In this document: positions 30,106-40,005 of the stretch, piece by piece
Layout: each line of letters opens with the position of its first letter
Position numbering within the stretch: the first letter of the stretch is position 1
Assembly: GCA_965242725.1 (NCBI GenBank)
Contig: CBDESZ010000007.1
Coordinates: forward strand, 32,001-96,000
DNA from: Alkalispirochaeta sp.
GTDB taxonomy: Bacteria; Spirochaetota; Spirochaetia; DSM-27196; Alkalispirochaetaceae
DNA length: 64,000 nucleotides
Direction: 5' to 3'
Position numbers and translations under genes: made by a program
Notes under the pieces: model-generated
Seen by the model: only the letters and a program-made list of their open reading frames with translations
Database searches by the model: none
Told to the model about the DNA's origin: nothing

Positions 30106-32487
30106 TCATACTACGTATGCCCCCGACATAAAGGGCACCGTGATTCGTCGGGTTACCCGATCATCCCGGACAACCCTGAGACGCACGGCGTCACTGTCAA
30201 CAATCTCCACCTCGCATCCTTCGGTTTCCGTCAGCTTCGGTACCAGTCGCTCAGGCCGACTTAAGTAGAGATCCACCTGTCTTCTGCCCTCCGATTCCAA
30301 CGTCATGTGGAGCTGCAGTTCTTCCGGGTCAAACCTCAACTCGGTAATTCCCGCCGCACCGGTGAGATGGGCGGAGGAGCCGAGATAGTGTGGGACGGTC
30401 ACGTCGAGCACACGGGTGATCAGCAGGCCGGCAGCCTCACAGGACTCCAGTCGCACCGTGAAAGACGATTCCTCCCCGGAAAGCAACCGGATCAGCTTCT
30501 GATCCCAAAAGGAATAGAGCCAGACGACCCTCCCGTGAGACCCTTCCGGAAAGAGCGTTTCCGCAGGTACGGCAATTTCCCGTGCCCGGTCGGTATCCCA
30601 ATTGAAGAGAGCGAGAAACTCCCGTTCCCCAAAGGAAAAGTGTCGCCGTTTTGTCCATATCCGCGGCGGGTCACAGGAGGGATAGTCCACGGGCTGCGCC
30701 GCGACGCCGTCGGGCGGCATAATAGCGAGAAGCTCATTCAGCCGATCCTCGCCGATTTCCCTCAGGAAGCCGCCCAGCAGCGCCCGATAGCCGAGCGTAC
30801 CGTACAGCGTCATCGCGGTCCGCGCGCGTCTCCGGCTCTGCCAGCTCCGGTTGGACCAGGCGTCCCAGCAGGCGGGACGGGGAGACGGGTCCATATACTC
30901 CAGATCAAAGTCCACCAAGTCTCCGTCGGGGCCGAGGCGGCACGCCACTTCCGACGCGATATTTCCCTCTGCACCCGGCCGCCAGTCCTCCGCCGGCCGG
31001 AATCCGTCGACGATACCCAGGACCGGCGCCAGGGGACACATGCACGCTTCAAGGTACACCTCCGGGCCCAGGGCGCTGCGAATCGCCGCAAATCGGGAGC
31101 GGATTCCCTCGGCCATGGTCACGCGGTCGTCGGCACTCTCGTAGTCGGTACTTACAAAGTCAAACATGAGATAGTCGAAACCCCACTCTTCCGCGATCCG
31201 TCGATAGAGCTCCCCGGCAATACGGTCCTGCTCCCCACTGCCTCCCGCCAGGTTCAGAAAGGGCCGGGAGTCGAGGGCCGGTGTAAACCCGTGACGGCGA
31301 ACCTCATCCGTTACGGACTGCACGCCCTCGGGATACCGCTCAGCCAGATCGAAGTCCGTAATAAACCCGTGGGTAAGCACCCGGTCCGGAATCGATTCGG
31401 CATCCCGGTCGGGCCAGGGACGGTCGCCGGTGGGCGGGAGCTTTCCCGCGGGTCCGCTGCTGTATCGGCTGAACTGCATCTTGAAAAGGTCAAAACCACG
31501 TTCTTCCAGCCCCTGTTCGCGCGTCCAGTCCAGAATGTCCCGAAAGAACTCCGGTGTGGCGTCCCGCTGCGGATGGTCCGGCCGCGACGCAATGGAGTAG
31601 CCGGAAAAGATTCCGCCGCGGTGCGCCGGAGGTCCCGGTCTCCTGCGGGTCTCCCCGGTCGTCGCGCTCTTCGTCACGCCATCCGTCGCCCCGCTCGTCT
31701 TCCCGGTCGTCACTTCATCCGTGGTGCCGTTCGCCTCCCCGATCGTCTCCGCAAGACGGGCAAAATACTCCTCCCGCGCCCCGGTCAGGGTCTCACCGGT
31801 GCATATGCGCAGTTCCCGGAGGGCAAATGTACCGCCCGGGGGCAGCCGTAACGGCGTTCCCGACCGGTCGACCGAGAGATCGGCCAGGAGGGCGAGGGAT
31901 AGTACGCCCAGGTAGGAGCGCGCCCTGATACGGACCTGTCCATTGGCCCAGCTTCCGATCCCGGCGTACAGGGACGGCTCGTCCCGCCCTGTGCTCATGC
32001 CGGCGTACCAGTAGGACTCACAACTCCAGAAGTCGAGCTCCCGCCTGGCGCCCGTCACGGGCACAACGCCTCCGCCGCCCATCCATTCGGGCTGTCCGAT
32101 CATGACGAGGCGTACCTCCCCCCCTTCGGGGGGACCTCCAGGCATGCCTTCCCACTCCACGCCGCCTCCCAGGGGCTCGCCGCACCAGAAGGGAGAGATC
32201 CAGGAGAGGAAACGCGCTTCCGTCCCCGTATTGTGCACGGTCAGCCGAGCCGTCACCGCCCGGCGGTCAATCTCAAGGACATGGGTCAGGCGCAGCGACG
32301 TATCCGGAAGATCGTAGACGCCGCCGCCCGCGTCCCGCGACGCTTCGTCCAGTGAAGCCGCCCCCGCGGAAACGAAACGGGGGCTCCCCTCCCCGGCAAG
32401 CTTGATTGCGATACCGGGCCGCCGGACAGTCAGGTGCCCGCAGGTAAAGGAAAGAGGACTCGATTTACCGCTTGAAGTATCGCTCAT
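30106..32487 (-). CDS. Divergent alpha-galactosidase-like (clan GH-D, GH36/GH27-like) protein
   Basis: RYPEG...HGFTPAL, WGFDYLMFDF, GIVDGFR...D, LALFNW, YSFW pattern; sits in a glycan operon. Confidence 0.6.
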   Translation of the reverse strand: MSDTSSGKSSPLSFTCGHLTVRRPGIAIKLAGEGSPRFVSAGAASLDEASRDAGGGVYDLPDTSLRLTHVLEIDRRAVTARLTVHNTGTEARFLSWISPFWCGEPLGGGVEWEGMPGGPPEGGEVRLVMIGQPEWMGGGGVVPVTGARRELDFWSCESYWYAGMSTGRDEPSLYAGIGSWANGQVRIRARSYLGVLSLALLADLSVDRSGTPLRLPPGGTFALRELRICTGETLTGAREEYFARLAETIGEANGTTDEVTTGKTSGATDGVTKSATTGETRRRPGPPAHRGGIFSGYSIASRPDHPQRDATPEFFRDILDWTREQGLEERGFDLFKMQFSRYSSGPAGKLPPTGDRPWPDRDAESIPDRVLTHGFITDFDLAERYPEGVQSVTDEVRRHGFTPALDSRPFLNLAGGSGEQDRIAGELYRRIAEEWGFDYLMFDFVSTDYESADDRVTMAEGIRSRFAAIRSALGPEVYLEACMCPLAPVLGIVDGFRPAEDWRPGAEGNIASEVACRLGPDGDLVDFDLEYMDPSPRPACWDAWSNRSWQSRRRARTAMTLYGTLGYRALLGGFLREIGEDRLNELLAIMPPDGVAAQPVDYPSCDPPRIWTKRRHFSFGEREFLALFNWDTDRAREIAVPAETLFPEGSHGRVVWLYSFWDQKLIRLLSGEESSFTVRLESCEAAGLLITRVLDVTVPHYLGSSAHLTGAAGITELRFDPEELQLHMTLESEGRRQVDLYLSRPERLVPKLTETEGCEVEIVDSDAVRLRVVRDDRVTRRITVPFMSGAYVV

Positions 32488-32504
32488 ATACGTGCGGGTC
32501 CCCT

Positions 32505-33914
32505 TCAAAACACCCATTTGTACGATCCCTTGTTTGTCGGCTCCGGCAACTCCCTGAACTGCGGATCCGCGTCATCGATCGTACGGTGGAGGAGCATCTC
32601 CGTGAGTCGCGCCCGTTGTTGTTGCGCCGATGGGCTGTTCCAGAGGTTGTTGAGCTCGTACGGGTCGGCGGCGAGATCGTAGAGCTCCCCGTACTCTTTT
32701 CCCTCGTAGAAGACGAGTTTCTCGTTCCGGGTTCGTATCATGCGGATGTAGAAGTGCTCACTTACCGTACAGTCCCGGTGATTCTCCCGCTCGCCCCGGA
32801 GAAGGGGAACCAGGCTCTTCCCCTGCATGGGCAGCGGGGCCGTAATTCCTGCCAGATTCAGGAGCGTCGGTATGAGATCGATATTCTCGCACAGCGCGTC
32901 GGTACGCCGTGGAGCAAGCTGTGACGGCCATGAAATCAGAAGCGGTACGCGAACGACACTCTCGTAGAAGAAGAACGCCTTATCAAAAAGGCCATGGTCA
33001 AAGAGCATCTCGCCGTGATCAGAGCTGAAGACGACGATGGTGTTCTGTCTCCTGCCGGAACGATCCAGGGCGTCCAGAACCCGTGCGATCTGGTCGTCCA
33101 CCAGCCGTGTACATGCGTAATAGGCGCGCCACGCCTTCTTCCGTTCACTCTCGTCTATATCATTCCAGGCGCGATGCACCTGCTGTTCGGGAGGCTTCTC
33201 CTCCCCCTCTCCCTCTCTGTAGCGGTGAGGCGGCACGGGAGCGTCCGCAAACATCCGGTAGTACTCTTCCGGTGGATCCAGCGGATGGTGGGGATTGCAA
33301 AAGGAAACCCAGCTTACAAATGGCCGACCGTCGTCTTTGAGGGAGTCCAGAAACTCCACCGCCCTGTCGGCGATGTACTCATCGATCGTCTCCCCTTTCG
33401 GCAGCGCGTTGATGAATGCCGTGCTGTAAAAGGGTTTGTCCTTCAGCTCCGGAGCATATCGGGGCCGACTGAAAGGATAGCCCTTCCCGCGTAGAAATGC
33501 CGCGTATTCATCGTCTCCCCTGAAATCCTTCCCCTCGATCCGCCGGTTGTACTCCCACTGCAACGAATCGTCCCAGGGCTCCACATGCATTTTCCCGATG
33601 CCGGCCGTGCGGTAGCCGCGCTCGCTGAAGTGGGTCCAGAAGGGACGCTCACCGTCTCCGAGGCGGAATCCGTTGGAAATCTGTCCGTGATTGTGCGGGT
33701 ACCGTCCCGTCATGAGCGAGGCCCGGGCGGGGGCACATACCGGCGCGACGGTGGTACACTGCTCAAAGAGCACCGATTCCTCCGCCAGGCGGTCGATCGT
33801 CGGGGTGAGACCATCGGCGACCTGCTGACCGTAGCAGCCGATGGTGTCCACCCTGAGTTGATCCACGGTGATGAAAAGAATATTCGGCTCAGTTCGATTC
33901 GTTGCGCTACCCAA
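32505..33914 (-). CDS. Cys-type S1 sulfatase, cytoplasmic
   Basis: PNILFITVDQLR, CAPARASLMTGRY, GKMH, PHHP, SSDHGE, ELYDL..DPYE. Confidence 0.93.
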   Translation of the reverse strand: MGSATNRTEPNILFITVDQLRVDTIGCYGQQVADGLTPTIDRLAEESVLFEQCTTVAPVCAPARASLMTGRYPHNHGQISNGFRLGDGERPFWTHFSERGYRTAGIGKMHVEPWDDSLQWEYNRRIEGKDFRGDDEYAAFLRGKGYPFSRPRYAPELKDKPFYSTAFINALPKGETIDEYIADRAVEFLDSLKDDGRPFVSWVSFCNPHHPLDPPEEYYRMFADAPVPPHRYREGEGEEKPPEQQVHRAWNDIDESERKKAWRAYYACTRLVDDQIARVLDALDRSGRRQNTIVVFSSDHGEMLFDHGLFDKAFFFYESVVRVPLLISWPSQLAPRRTDALCENIDLIPTLLNLAGITAPLPMQGKSLVPLLRGERENHRDCTVSEHFYIRMIRTRNEKLVFYEGKEYGELYDLAADPYELNNLWNSPSAQQQRARLTEMLLHRTIDDADPQFRELPEPTNKGSYKWVF

Positions 33915-33941
33915 TGAAAATCCTCTCCTCTGATCGCGGCT

Positions 33942-35360
33942 CTACCAGATCGCAATCCGCTCCGGCAGCGGGTCGAGGGTATATACACTCCGGTCAAAGG
34001 CGATTTTCATCAACCGGTGACGAAGCTCACTATCCCTCTCCCACAGGTTTTCAAACTCATCGGGATCCCGGTCCAGATCGTAGAGCTCTCCCTCTTCCCG
34101 TCCGTGATAAATGACAATTTTATGGCTCTCGGTGCGACACATCGTCGCATAGATCGCTTCTCCCTCGTATCGGGTGTGGGTGTTGTAGTACTCGCAGTAG
34201 ACCGAGTCGCGATGCTCTTCCGTCTCGCCGTTGAGCAGACCCATGAGGGAACGTCCCTGCATTGCGGGATCGGCGGGGAGACCGGCAACGTCCAGCAGGG
34301 TGGGGGCCAGGTCTACCAGCTCGACGAGGGCGTCAATGCGCCGTCCTCCCTGAAAGCGCCGGGGCCAGTGCATGAGCAGGGGAACCCGCACCAGCTCCTC
34401 GTAGAAATAGGGGCCTTTATAGAAGAGCCCGTGATCACCGAGCATCTCACCGTGGTCGCTCATGTAGATGACGAGGGTGTCCTCCGAGAGCCCCTTCTTC
34501 CTGAGCGCGTCAAAGAGTCTGCCCAGCTCCCTGTCGATGAGCTCGACCATTCCATAATATGCGGCGACCGCCTCCTGTCGCGCGTCCTCGGTCATGTCGG
34601 CATAGGAGACGTACTTATTCGTTCCCCCTCTCGCACCGTGGTGGTCGATCCGCTGGGGGAGCGGTTTATTATCCAGTTCGCCCGGTCGATATTTCGGTTT
34701 CGGTACCTCATCTCTCGCATAGGCGTTAAAGTACTCCGGCGGTGGATCAAAGGGCGGATGAGGATCGTAGAGGTTGAGGCTCAGGAGCCACGGACCTTCA
34801 ACCTCATCGAGAAAGGCGATCGACTCGTCTATGGCCCAGGGAGTGTGGTGAAACTCCCCGGGGACGCCGGGAAAGACTTCACCGGTGCGATTGTACATCT
34901 CCTCGTACTTCACGCCTTTCTTCCGCAGCCACTGATCGTACGCGTCGGCGTGGCGGGTCTCCTCATGCTGCTGGCTCTCGTGGGACCAGCGAAAGAACCG
35001 ATATCCGTCGTCGGGACGCGGTTCCACCCGACCGCTGCACGCCGATAAATGGAGCTTTCCCACCAGTCCGCACTCATACCCGGCGTCGGCCAGGGTCTTC
35101 GTGACGAGTCGTTCCTTGTCGGGAAAACGGTCGTTTCCGTTCTGACGGAGGCCCGTGGTGCGGGGATACCGCCCGGTGAGAAAGCTTCCGCGACTGGGCG
35201 AGCAAATCGGGTTCTGGCAATAGGCGTGATTGAAGCTCACGCCCCCCTGCACGAGCCCGTCAAGATTGGGCGTTCGGATTACCTGATTTCCCAGAGCATG
35301 TATCGTATCGGCTCGCTGCTGATCGGTACAAATCCAGAGAATGTTGGGTCGTCTGGCCAT
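33942..35360 (-). CDS. Cys-type S1 sulfatase, cytoplasmic
   Basis: RPNILWICTDQQR, CSPSRGSFLTGRY, GKLH, PHPP, SDHGE. Confidence 0.93.
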   Translation of the reverse strand: MARRPNILWICTDQQRADTIHALGNQVIRTPNLDGLVQGGVSFNHAYCQNPICSPSRGSFLTGRYPRTTGLRQNGNDRFPDKERLVTKTLADAGYECGLVGKLHLSACSGRVEPRPDDGYRFFRWSHESQQHEETRHADAYDQWLRKKGVKYEEMYNRTGEVFPGVPGEFHHTPWAIDESIAFLDEVEGPWLLSLNLYDPHPPFDPPPEYFNAYARDEVPKPKYRPGELDNKPLPQRIDHHGARGGTNKYVSYADMTEDARQEAVAAYYGMVELIDRELGRLFDALRKKGLSEDTLVIYMSDHGEMLGDHGLFYKGPYFYEELVRVPLLMHWPRRFQGGRRIDALVELVDLAPTLLDVAGLPADPAMQGRSLMGLLNGETEEHRDSVYCEYYNTHTRYEGEAIYATMCRTESHKIVIYHGREEGELYDLDRDPDEFENLWERDSELRHRLMKIAFDRSVYTLDPLPERIAIW

Positions 35361-35364
35361 GCCC

Positions 35365-36214
35365 TTACCCCTTTACGGCTCCGTGGGTAAGCCCTTCCAC
35401 CAGCCGCCGCTGGGCGACAAAGAAGAGCACCGCCGCGGGAATCAGCGCCATCGTGGCGGCCGCGGTCATTTGGCCCCAGGCGATGTCATAGCGCTGGATA
35501 AATGTCGCCAGTCCCACCGGCAGCGTCTTGAGTCGCTCGCTGTCGATGAAAATGATACCGAGCATCAGCTCGTTCCAGGCGAAAATGAAGGCAAAGGTGA
35601 GCGTCGCGGCGATACCCGGGAGGACCAGCGGAATGGTGATGCGCGTCATCGTTTGCGCCAGATTGGCTCCGTCCACCATGGCGCACTCCTCCAGCGAGAC
35701 CGGTATCCCGTCATAGAAGCTTGCCATCATCATCGTACAAAAGGGAATGTTCAGGGCGGTGTAGGCGAGCATGAGCGAAGCGTGGGTGTTTATGAGGCCC
35801 AGCTGGACAAAAATCGTGTACAACGGAATTACGAGCAGTACAAAGGGGAGCATCTGGGTGATCAGAAAGAAGATCAGTATCGCGTTCTTCATGCGAAATC
35901 TGTAGCGCGAAAACGCATAACCGCCCAGGATTGCCACCACAACCGTTGCGGCCGCCGCCGTACCGGCGACGAGCAGGCTGTTTACGAAGTACCGGGGAAA
36001 CATGGTGACATTCCAGACGTCAAAAAAAGTGCACCAGCGTCCAGTCTTTTGGAAGATAGCGTATGGGCACTTCAAATATCTGTCGCGACGGTTTCAGCGC
36101 CGTCACCAGCATCCAGTACAGCGGAAGGAGCGTGAACGAGAGAAAGAGCAACAGCGGAATATAGAGGCTGAATGAACGCCTGACCCAGTAGTTCATCGAT
36201 CGTTTTCGTATCAT
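35365..36214 (-). CDS. Carbohydrate ABC permease (MalG-like), one apparent frameshift
   Basis: EECAMVDGA EAA loop, AWNE; N- and C-terminal frames join if one base is removed from the A7 run at 36022-36028. Confidence 0.88.
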
Positions 36215-36216
36215 CC

Positions 36217-37104
36217 TTACCATACCTTCCTGATTCGACGGGTAACCCAGAAATAGAACACTGCGTACAGGGTCAGCATAAGTATTGCAATCAGTGCCAA
36301 CGCGGCGGCGTAGCCGAATTCAAGCGATTTGGATGCCTTGAGGTACATGTAGCTCGTCAGGATCTGTGACGAGTTGAAGGGGCCGCCGTTTGTCATAATG
36401 AAGATGAGAACGATGAAGTTAAAGATCCAGATCGTCCGAAGGAGACTGGTCGTGACCATCACCGGTGCGAGGAAGGGCAGCGTCACGGAGACAAATTTAC
36501 GAATCGGCCCCGCGCCGTCCATGTCGGCCGCTTCGTAGAGCTCCTTTGGAATCGTCTGCAGCGCCGAAAGAAACATAATCGCGAAAAAGGGAATTCCCCA
36601 CCAGATACAGGCGACGATAACCGCGAGGAGTGCGGTATCCGCCTGAGAAAGAAATGAAATGTCCTGCTGTATGAGATTCAGTCTGTTGAGAAGATCGTTA
36701 ATGATGCCGATCCGCGGCTGGTACATCCATCGCCACATCACGCCGATCAGAAAGCCGGACACCGCCCAGGGAAGAAACAGAACCGATCTGATGATACCGC
36801 GAAATTTGAACTTCTGGTTCAGCACAAAGGAGGTCATGAGTCCGATGGTGAACTGGAAGAAGAGCGCGAGCCCTACCCATATAACGGAATTACGCAGGGA
36901 AAGCCAGAAAATTTCGTCCTTCATTATGGCGGCGAAGTTTCCCAGCCCGATAAACCTGGTATCCTGGGGAGCGTAGAGCCGATAATTGGTCAGGGACAGT
37001 CGCAATGTCTCAAAAATCGGGTACAGCCGTAACGACAGCAACAACAACAGTGCGGGAAACAACAACATGTACGGCTGATATCTTTTTGTAAGTGTGAGGC
37101 GCAT
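36217..37104 (-). CDS. Carbohydrate ABC permease (MalF-like)
   Basis: FIGLGNF, LYEAADMDGA, TNGGP. Confidence 0.93.
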   Translation of the reverse strand: MRLTLTKRYQPYMLLFPALLLLLSLRLYPIFETLRLSLTNYRLYAPQDTRFIGLGNFAAIMKDEIFWLSLRNSVIWVGLALFFQFTIGLMTSFVLNQKFKFRGIIRSVLFLPWAVSGFLIGVMWRWMYQPRIGIINDLLNRLNLIQQDISFLSQADTALLAVIVACIWWGIPFFAIMFLSALQTIPKELYEAADMDGAGPIRKFVSVTLPFLAPVMVTTSLLRTIWIFNFIVLIFIMTNGGPFNSSQILTSYMYLKASKSLEFGYAAALALIAILMLTLYAVFYFWVTRRIRKVW

Positions 37105-37189
37105 CTATAGTTCTCCGGGAAAGGTGAGGGACCGAACGTGCCGGTGGTGTGGCTCGTCACCTCACCACCGACACATCGACCCGGGCCGG

Positions 37190-38509
37190 TTAGTTGGAGT
37201 TCTGGTAATCCCGGAGTGCCTGCTCGTGGAACTCCGCCCACTTCTCGGCAATCTCCGTCATAGAGACCTGGCCGCCCAGTACTCTCTGCCAGTCCTGCCA
37301 CGACATCTCTTCGATAAACGTCGCATTCTCCGGATAGGGATGACCGAGAGGAATACTGTAGACCTCGTCGTTCTCGACCATACTCAATGTGGGCTCAAGC
37401 CACTCGGTCTTGTCACCCCAGAGATCGGGACGTCGTTCCAGAGCACCTTCGATCGGCGGAATCTTCAGATCGCCCGCGGCGATATCCAGGAGTGTCTCGG
37501 GAGACGCCATGAACTCCAGCAGTTCCTTTCTCGCCTCAAAGTGTGCTTCCGACTCACCCTCCTGCTGAGGCATGATAAAGCCCATACCGCCTACAGTTGT
37601 ATATCGATTGCCGCTCGGGCCGGCAGGTACCTTGGCGGTCCCGATCTGCTCCGGATCCATCCGTTCCAGGACCGTATTGAGCGTCGGTTGATCGTTCATA
37701 TAGATCATTGTGCGTCCGGTGTAAAACCCTGTAATCAGCTCGTTGAAACCCCAGTTGATCGATTCCGGAGGCGCAACCTCGTGAACGCGATAGAGATCGG
37801 CCAGGAACTCAAAGCCTTCGATCGCTTCCGGCTTGGCCAGATTCCAGTTGCCGTCTTCGTCGAAGAACTCATTGGTTCCAAGTGCACCAAGTGCAAAAAT
37901 CGGCATCGGAAAGAACGCTCCCCGTGCGCCGCGGAGGGAGTACGCGTAAATATCGTTTTCCGGCTCCGTGAGTGCCAATGAAACTTCAAGGAACTCCTCA
38001 AAGGTATCGGGAACTTCCAGTCCCTTTTCTTCGAAGACATCCTTGCGATAAAACATCGTTCGAACGTTGTATCCGAAGGGGATGTGATAGATCGTGTCGT
38101 CGTACATCCGCATGATCCGCTTGGAGTAGTCGGTGTACTCGTCGGCAAAATCCCACTCCGAGAAGATCGGGGTCAGATCGACAAGTCCGCCCATCGCCGC
38201 CAGCTGCGGTATCCACGTTGCCGAGGCCGCCTGTACATCAGGCGGATTACCCGCGGTAATCTGGGTAATCAGTTTTTGGTGAGCCTGGTCCCAGGGTACT
38301 CCCTGATACTCAACCTCGATGTTGGGATGCTGTTCATTGAACCTGGCGATTATCTCCTGGTACATGCGGTCCACCCTCGGTGACGGAACCACATAGACAA
38401 AGGACAGGCGCTGAACCTCAGCTTCACCTGCGCCTTCTCGCTGTCCACTTGCAAAGCCATAGGACGTGACCATGACGATCAGAAGCATGATCGTAAATAG
38501 ACGCTTCAT
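37190..38509 (-). CDS. Sugar ABC transporter substrate-binding protein
   Basis: Signal FASGQRE; FNEQHPNIEV, YRKDVF, PDTFEE. Confidence 0.92.
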   Translation of the reverse strand: MKRLFTIMLLIVMVTSYGFASGQREGAGEAEVQRLSFVYVVPSPRVDRMYQEIIARFNEQHPNIEVEYQGVPWDQAHQKLITQITAGNPPDVQAASATWIPQLAAMGGLVDLTPIFSEWDFADEYTDYSKRIMRMYDDTIYHIPFGYNVRTMFYRKDVFEEKGLEVPDTFEEFLEVSLALTEPENDIYAYSLRGARGAFFPMPIFALGALGTNEFFDEDGNWNLAKPEAIEGFEFLADLYRVHEVAPPESINWGFNELITGFYTGRTMIYMNDQPTLNTVLERMDPEQIGTAKVPAGPSGNRYTTVGGMGFIMPQQEGESEAHFEARKELLEFMASPETLLDIAAGDLKIPPIEGALERRPDLWGDKTEWLEPTLSMVENDEVYSIPLGHPYPENATFIEEMSWQDWQRVLGGQVSMTEIAEKWAEFHEQALRDYQNSN

Positions 38510-38523
38510 AATGTCCCTCCTTA

Positions 38524-38571
38524 TGTATTTTTGTATCTTCTTTGGCGCAACATTAGATACCTAAAGATACA
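38524..38571. promoter_or_regulatory. AGATAC/GTATCT repeats, probable operator of the adjacent regulator
   Basis: TGTATCTT at 38532-38539; AGATAC at 38555 and 38565; related repeats at 39759-39785. Confidence 0.55.
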
Positions 38572-38634
38572 TTTAATAACATTACTGTAGCACAGGATGA
38601 TTGAGTACACAAGAAAAATAATTGGAAATACCTT

Positions 38635-39744
38635 CTAACGGTGGTGAGGAGAGCAGGATCCCCGTTCTTCCAGGGTGGCTTCAAAGGAGACGTGCATCAC
38701 CGGAGCGGAGGTGCCGGCAACGAGTTTTTCGATCCGCTCCACGAGGACTTCGAGGATGTGGTCCAGGGGGAAGCGGAACGTTGAGAGGCCAAAGGGCAGG
38801 GTCCGTTCCGGGAGCGCATCGTCAACCCCGAGAACACTGAGATCGTCGGGGATTCTCACGCCCCGCTCAAGAGCGGCGTTTATGGCTCCCAGAGCCATGA
38901 AGTCATTGGCACAGAAGAGACCGGAGAACGGCTGCCCTCCGTCCAGCAGTGCCTGCATCGCCCGGTAGCCCGACTCGACGCTCCAGTCTCCGACCATCAC
39001 TTGCAGCGCACCCCCGGGCAAACCGATCTCCCTGGCCCGTCCCAGAAACCCGCGCTTCCGGTGACGCGCCGGGCGACGCTCCTCCGGACCACCGATGAAG
39101 GCGATCCGTTCGTGACCAAGACCGACGAGATAGGAGCAGGCTTTTCTTCCTATGCCTTTATTGTAAAAAGAAATAGAGTCAATCCCGTCGACGTTTACCG
39201 ACGGTTCTACGAGAATCGTGCCCGCGGAGCCGGCTATAGACAGGTGCTCCGCCAGGACGGGATCGATCAGCTCAGCCAGGACAATAACATTTGCACGGGA
39301 TGCGAGCCTGTTTATCAAGGGCCGATTTTCATCACCGCGGTTGGGCAGCATTTGGGAGATAAACTGTCCATACCCCCTGCGTCCCAACTCGCTTTGAAGT
39401 TTACGCATGAGCGTCTGCCAGACATGGTTTGAATAGAACTTTGTATCGTAAAGATGCTCATTTTCGACAAAGGCGATAGTCGCGTCGCCCAGTGCCGGGG
39501 TGTTACGGAAGGTCGCCCTGCTCAGAACAAAAGTGCCTTTCCCGGGGATTCGACTCAGGTACCCGCGTTCAACGAGTCCGGAAATCGCCTTGCGAACGGA
39601 GGTGCGGCTCACTCCGAGCTCTTCACACAGCTCAGCCTCCGTCGGCAGCTGATGACCTTCCAGAAGTTCATTGGTATGGATAATGTTGAGCAATCGCTCC
39701 CGTATTTGTTGATAAATCGGTCGGCCGTTCTCTTTATCGATCAT
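38635..39744 (-). CDS. GntR wHTH plus LacI-type sensor domain regulator (AraR-like architecture)
   Basis: PIYQQI...LPTEAEL...GVSRTSVRKA...GKGTFV; GHERIAF, FCANDFMALG, IPDDLSV.G.DD. Confidence 0.9.
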   Translation of the reverse strand: MIDKENGRPIYQQIRERLLNIIHTNELLEGHQLPTEAELCEELGVSRTSVRKAISGLVERGYLSRIPGKGTFVLSRATFRNTPALGDATIAFVENEHLYDTKFYSNHVWQTLMRKLQSELGRRGYGQFISQMLPNRGDENRPLINRLASRANVIVLAELIDPVLAEHLSIAGSAGTILVEPSVNVDGIDSISFYNKGIGRKACSYLVGLGHERIAFIGGPEERRPARHRKRGFLGRAREIGLPGGALQVMVGDWSVESGYRAMQALLDGGQPFSGLFCANDFMALGAINAALERGVRIPDDLSVLGVDDALPERTLPFGLSTFRFPLDHILEVLVERIEKLVAGTSAPVMHVSFEATLEERGSCSPHHR

Positions 39745-39758
39745 TCCCCCACCTGAAT

Positions 39759-39785
39759 TGTATTCAAATGTATCTAACTGTAACT
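39759..39785. promoter_or_regulatory. Three TGTA(T/A)YY repeats with a 10-bp period, likely autoregulatory operator
   Basis: TGTATTC 39759, TGTATCT 39769, TGTAACT 39779. Confidence 0.5.
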
Positions 39786-40005
39786 CCGAATCTCTGAAAT
39801 GACAAGTCGGCTTCACCCACAGCCCCTTTGCGGCGAAAAAAGGACACCAAATGGACATTTATTACCGGACGAGTCACCTTAAGGACTTGTATAACCACTT
39901 TAGGTCCGGTACTTTGATTGTCCTATGACGATACGAAATACGGACCCGAAGGGTTGTTCAGTATATTTTTCGGACCAATTCATTCACATCACCTGAGCTG
40001 ATCAC

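Noticed and set aside
30307..31851. 514-aa plus-strand ORF
   Set aside because: Antisense shadow of the GH-D-like gene with no motifs; typical of GC-rich DNA.
36022..36028. Phase variation or programmed frameshift at the A7 run in a permease
   Set aside because: Short run; same signature as the many other indels in the window, so sequencing error is more parsimonious.
39860..40005. Possible SAM/lysine riboswitch or T-box upstream of hom
   Set aside because: Only short stems (ACCGGAC/GTCCGGT); none of the conserved aptamer motifs recognised.
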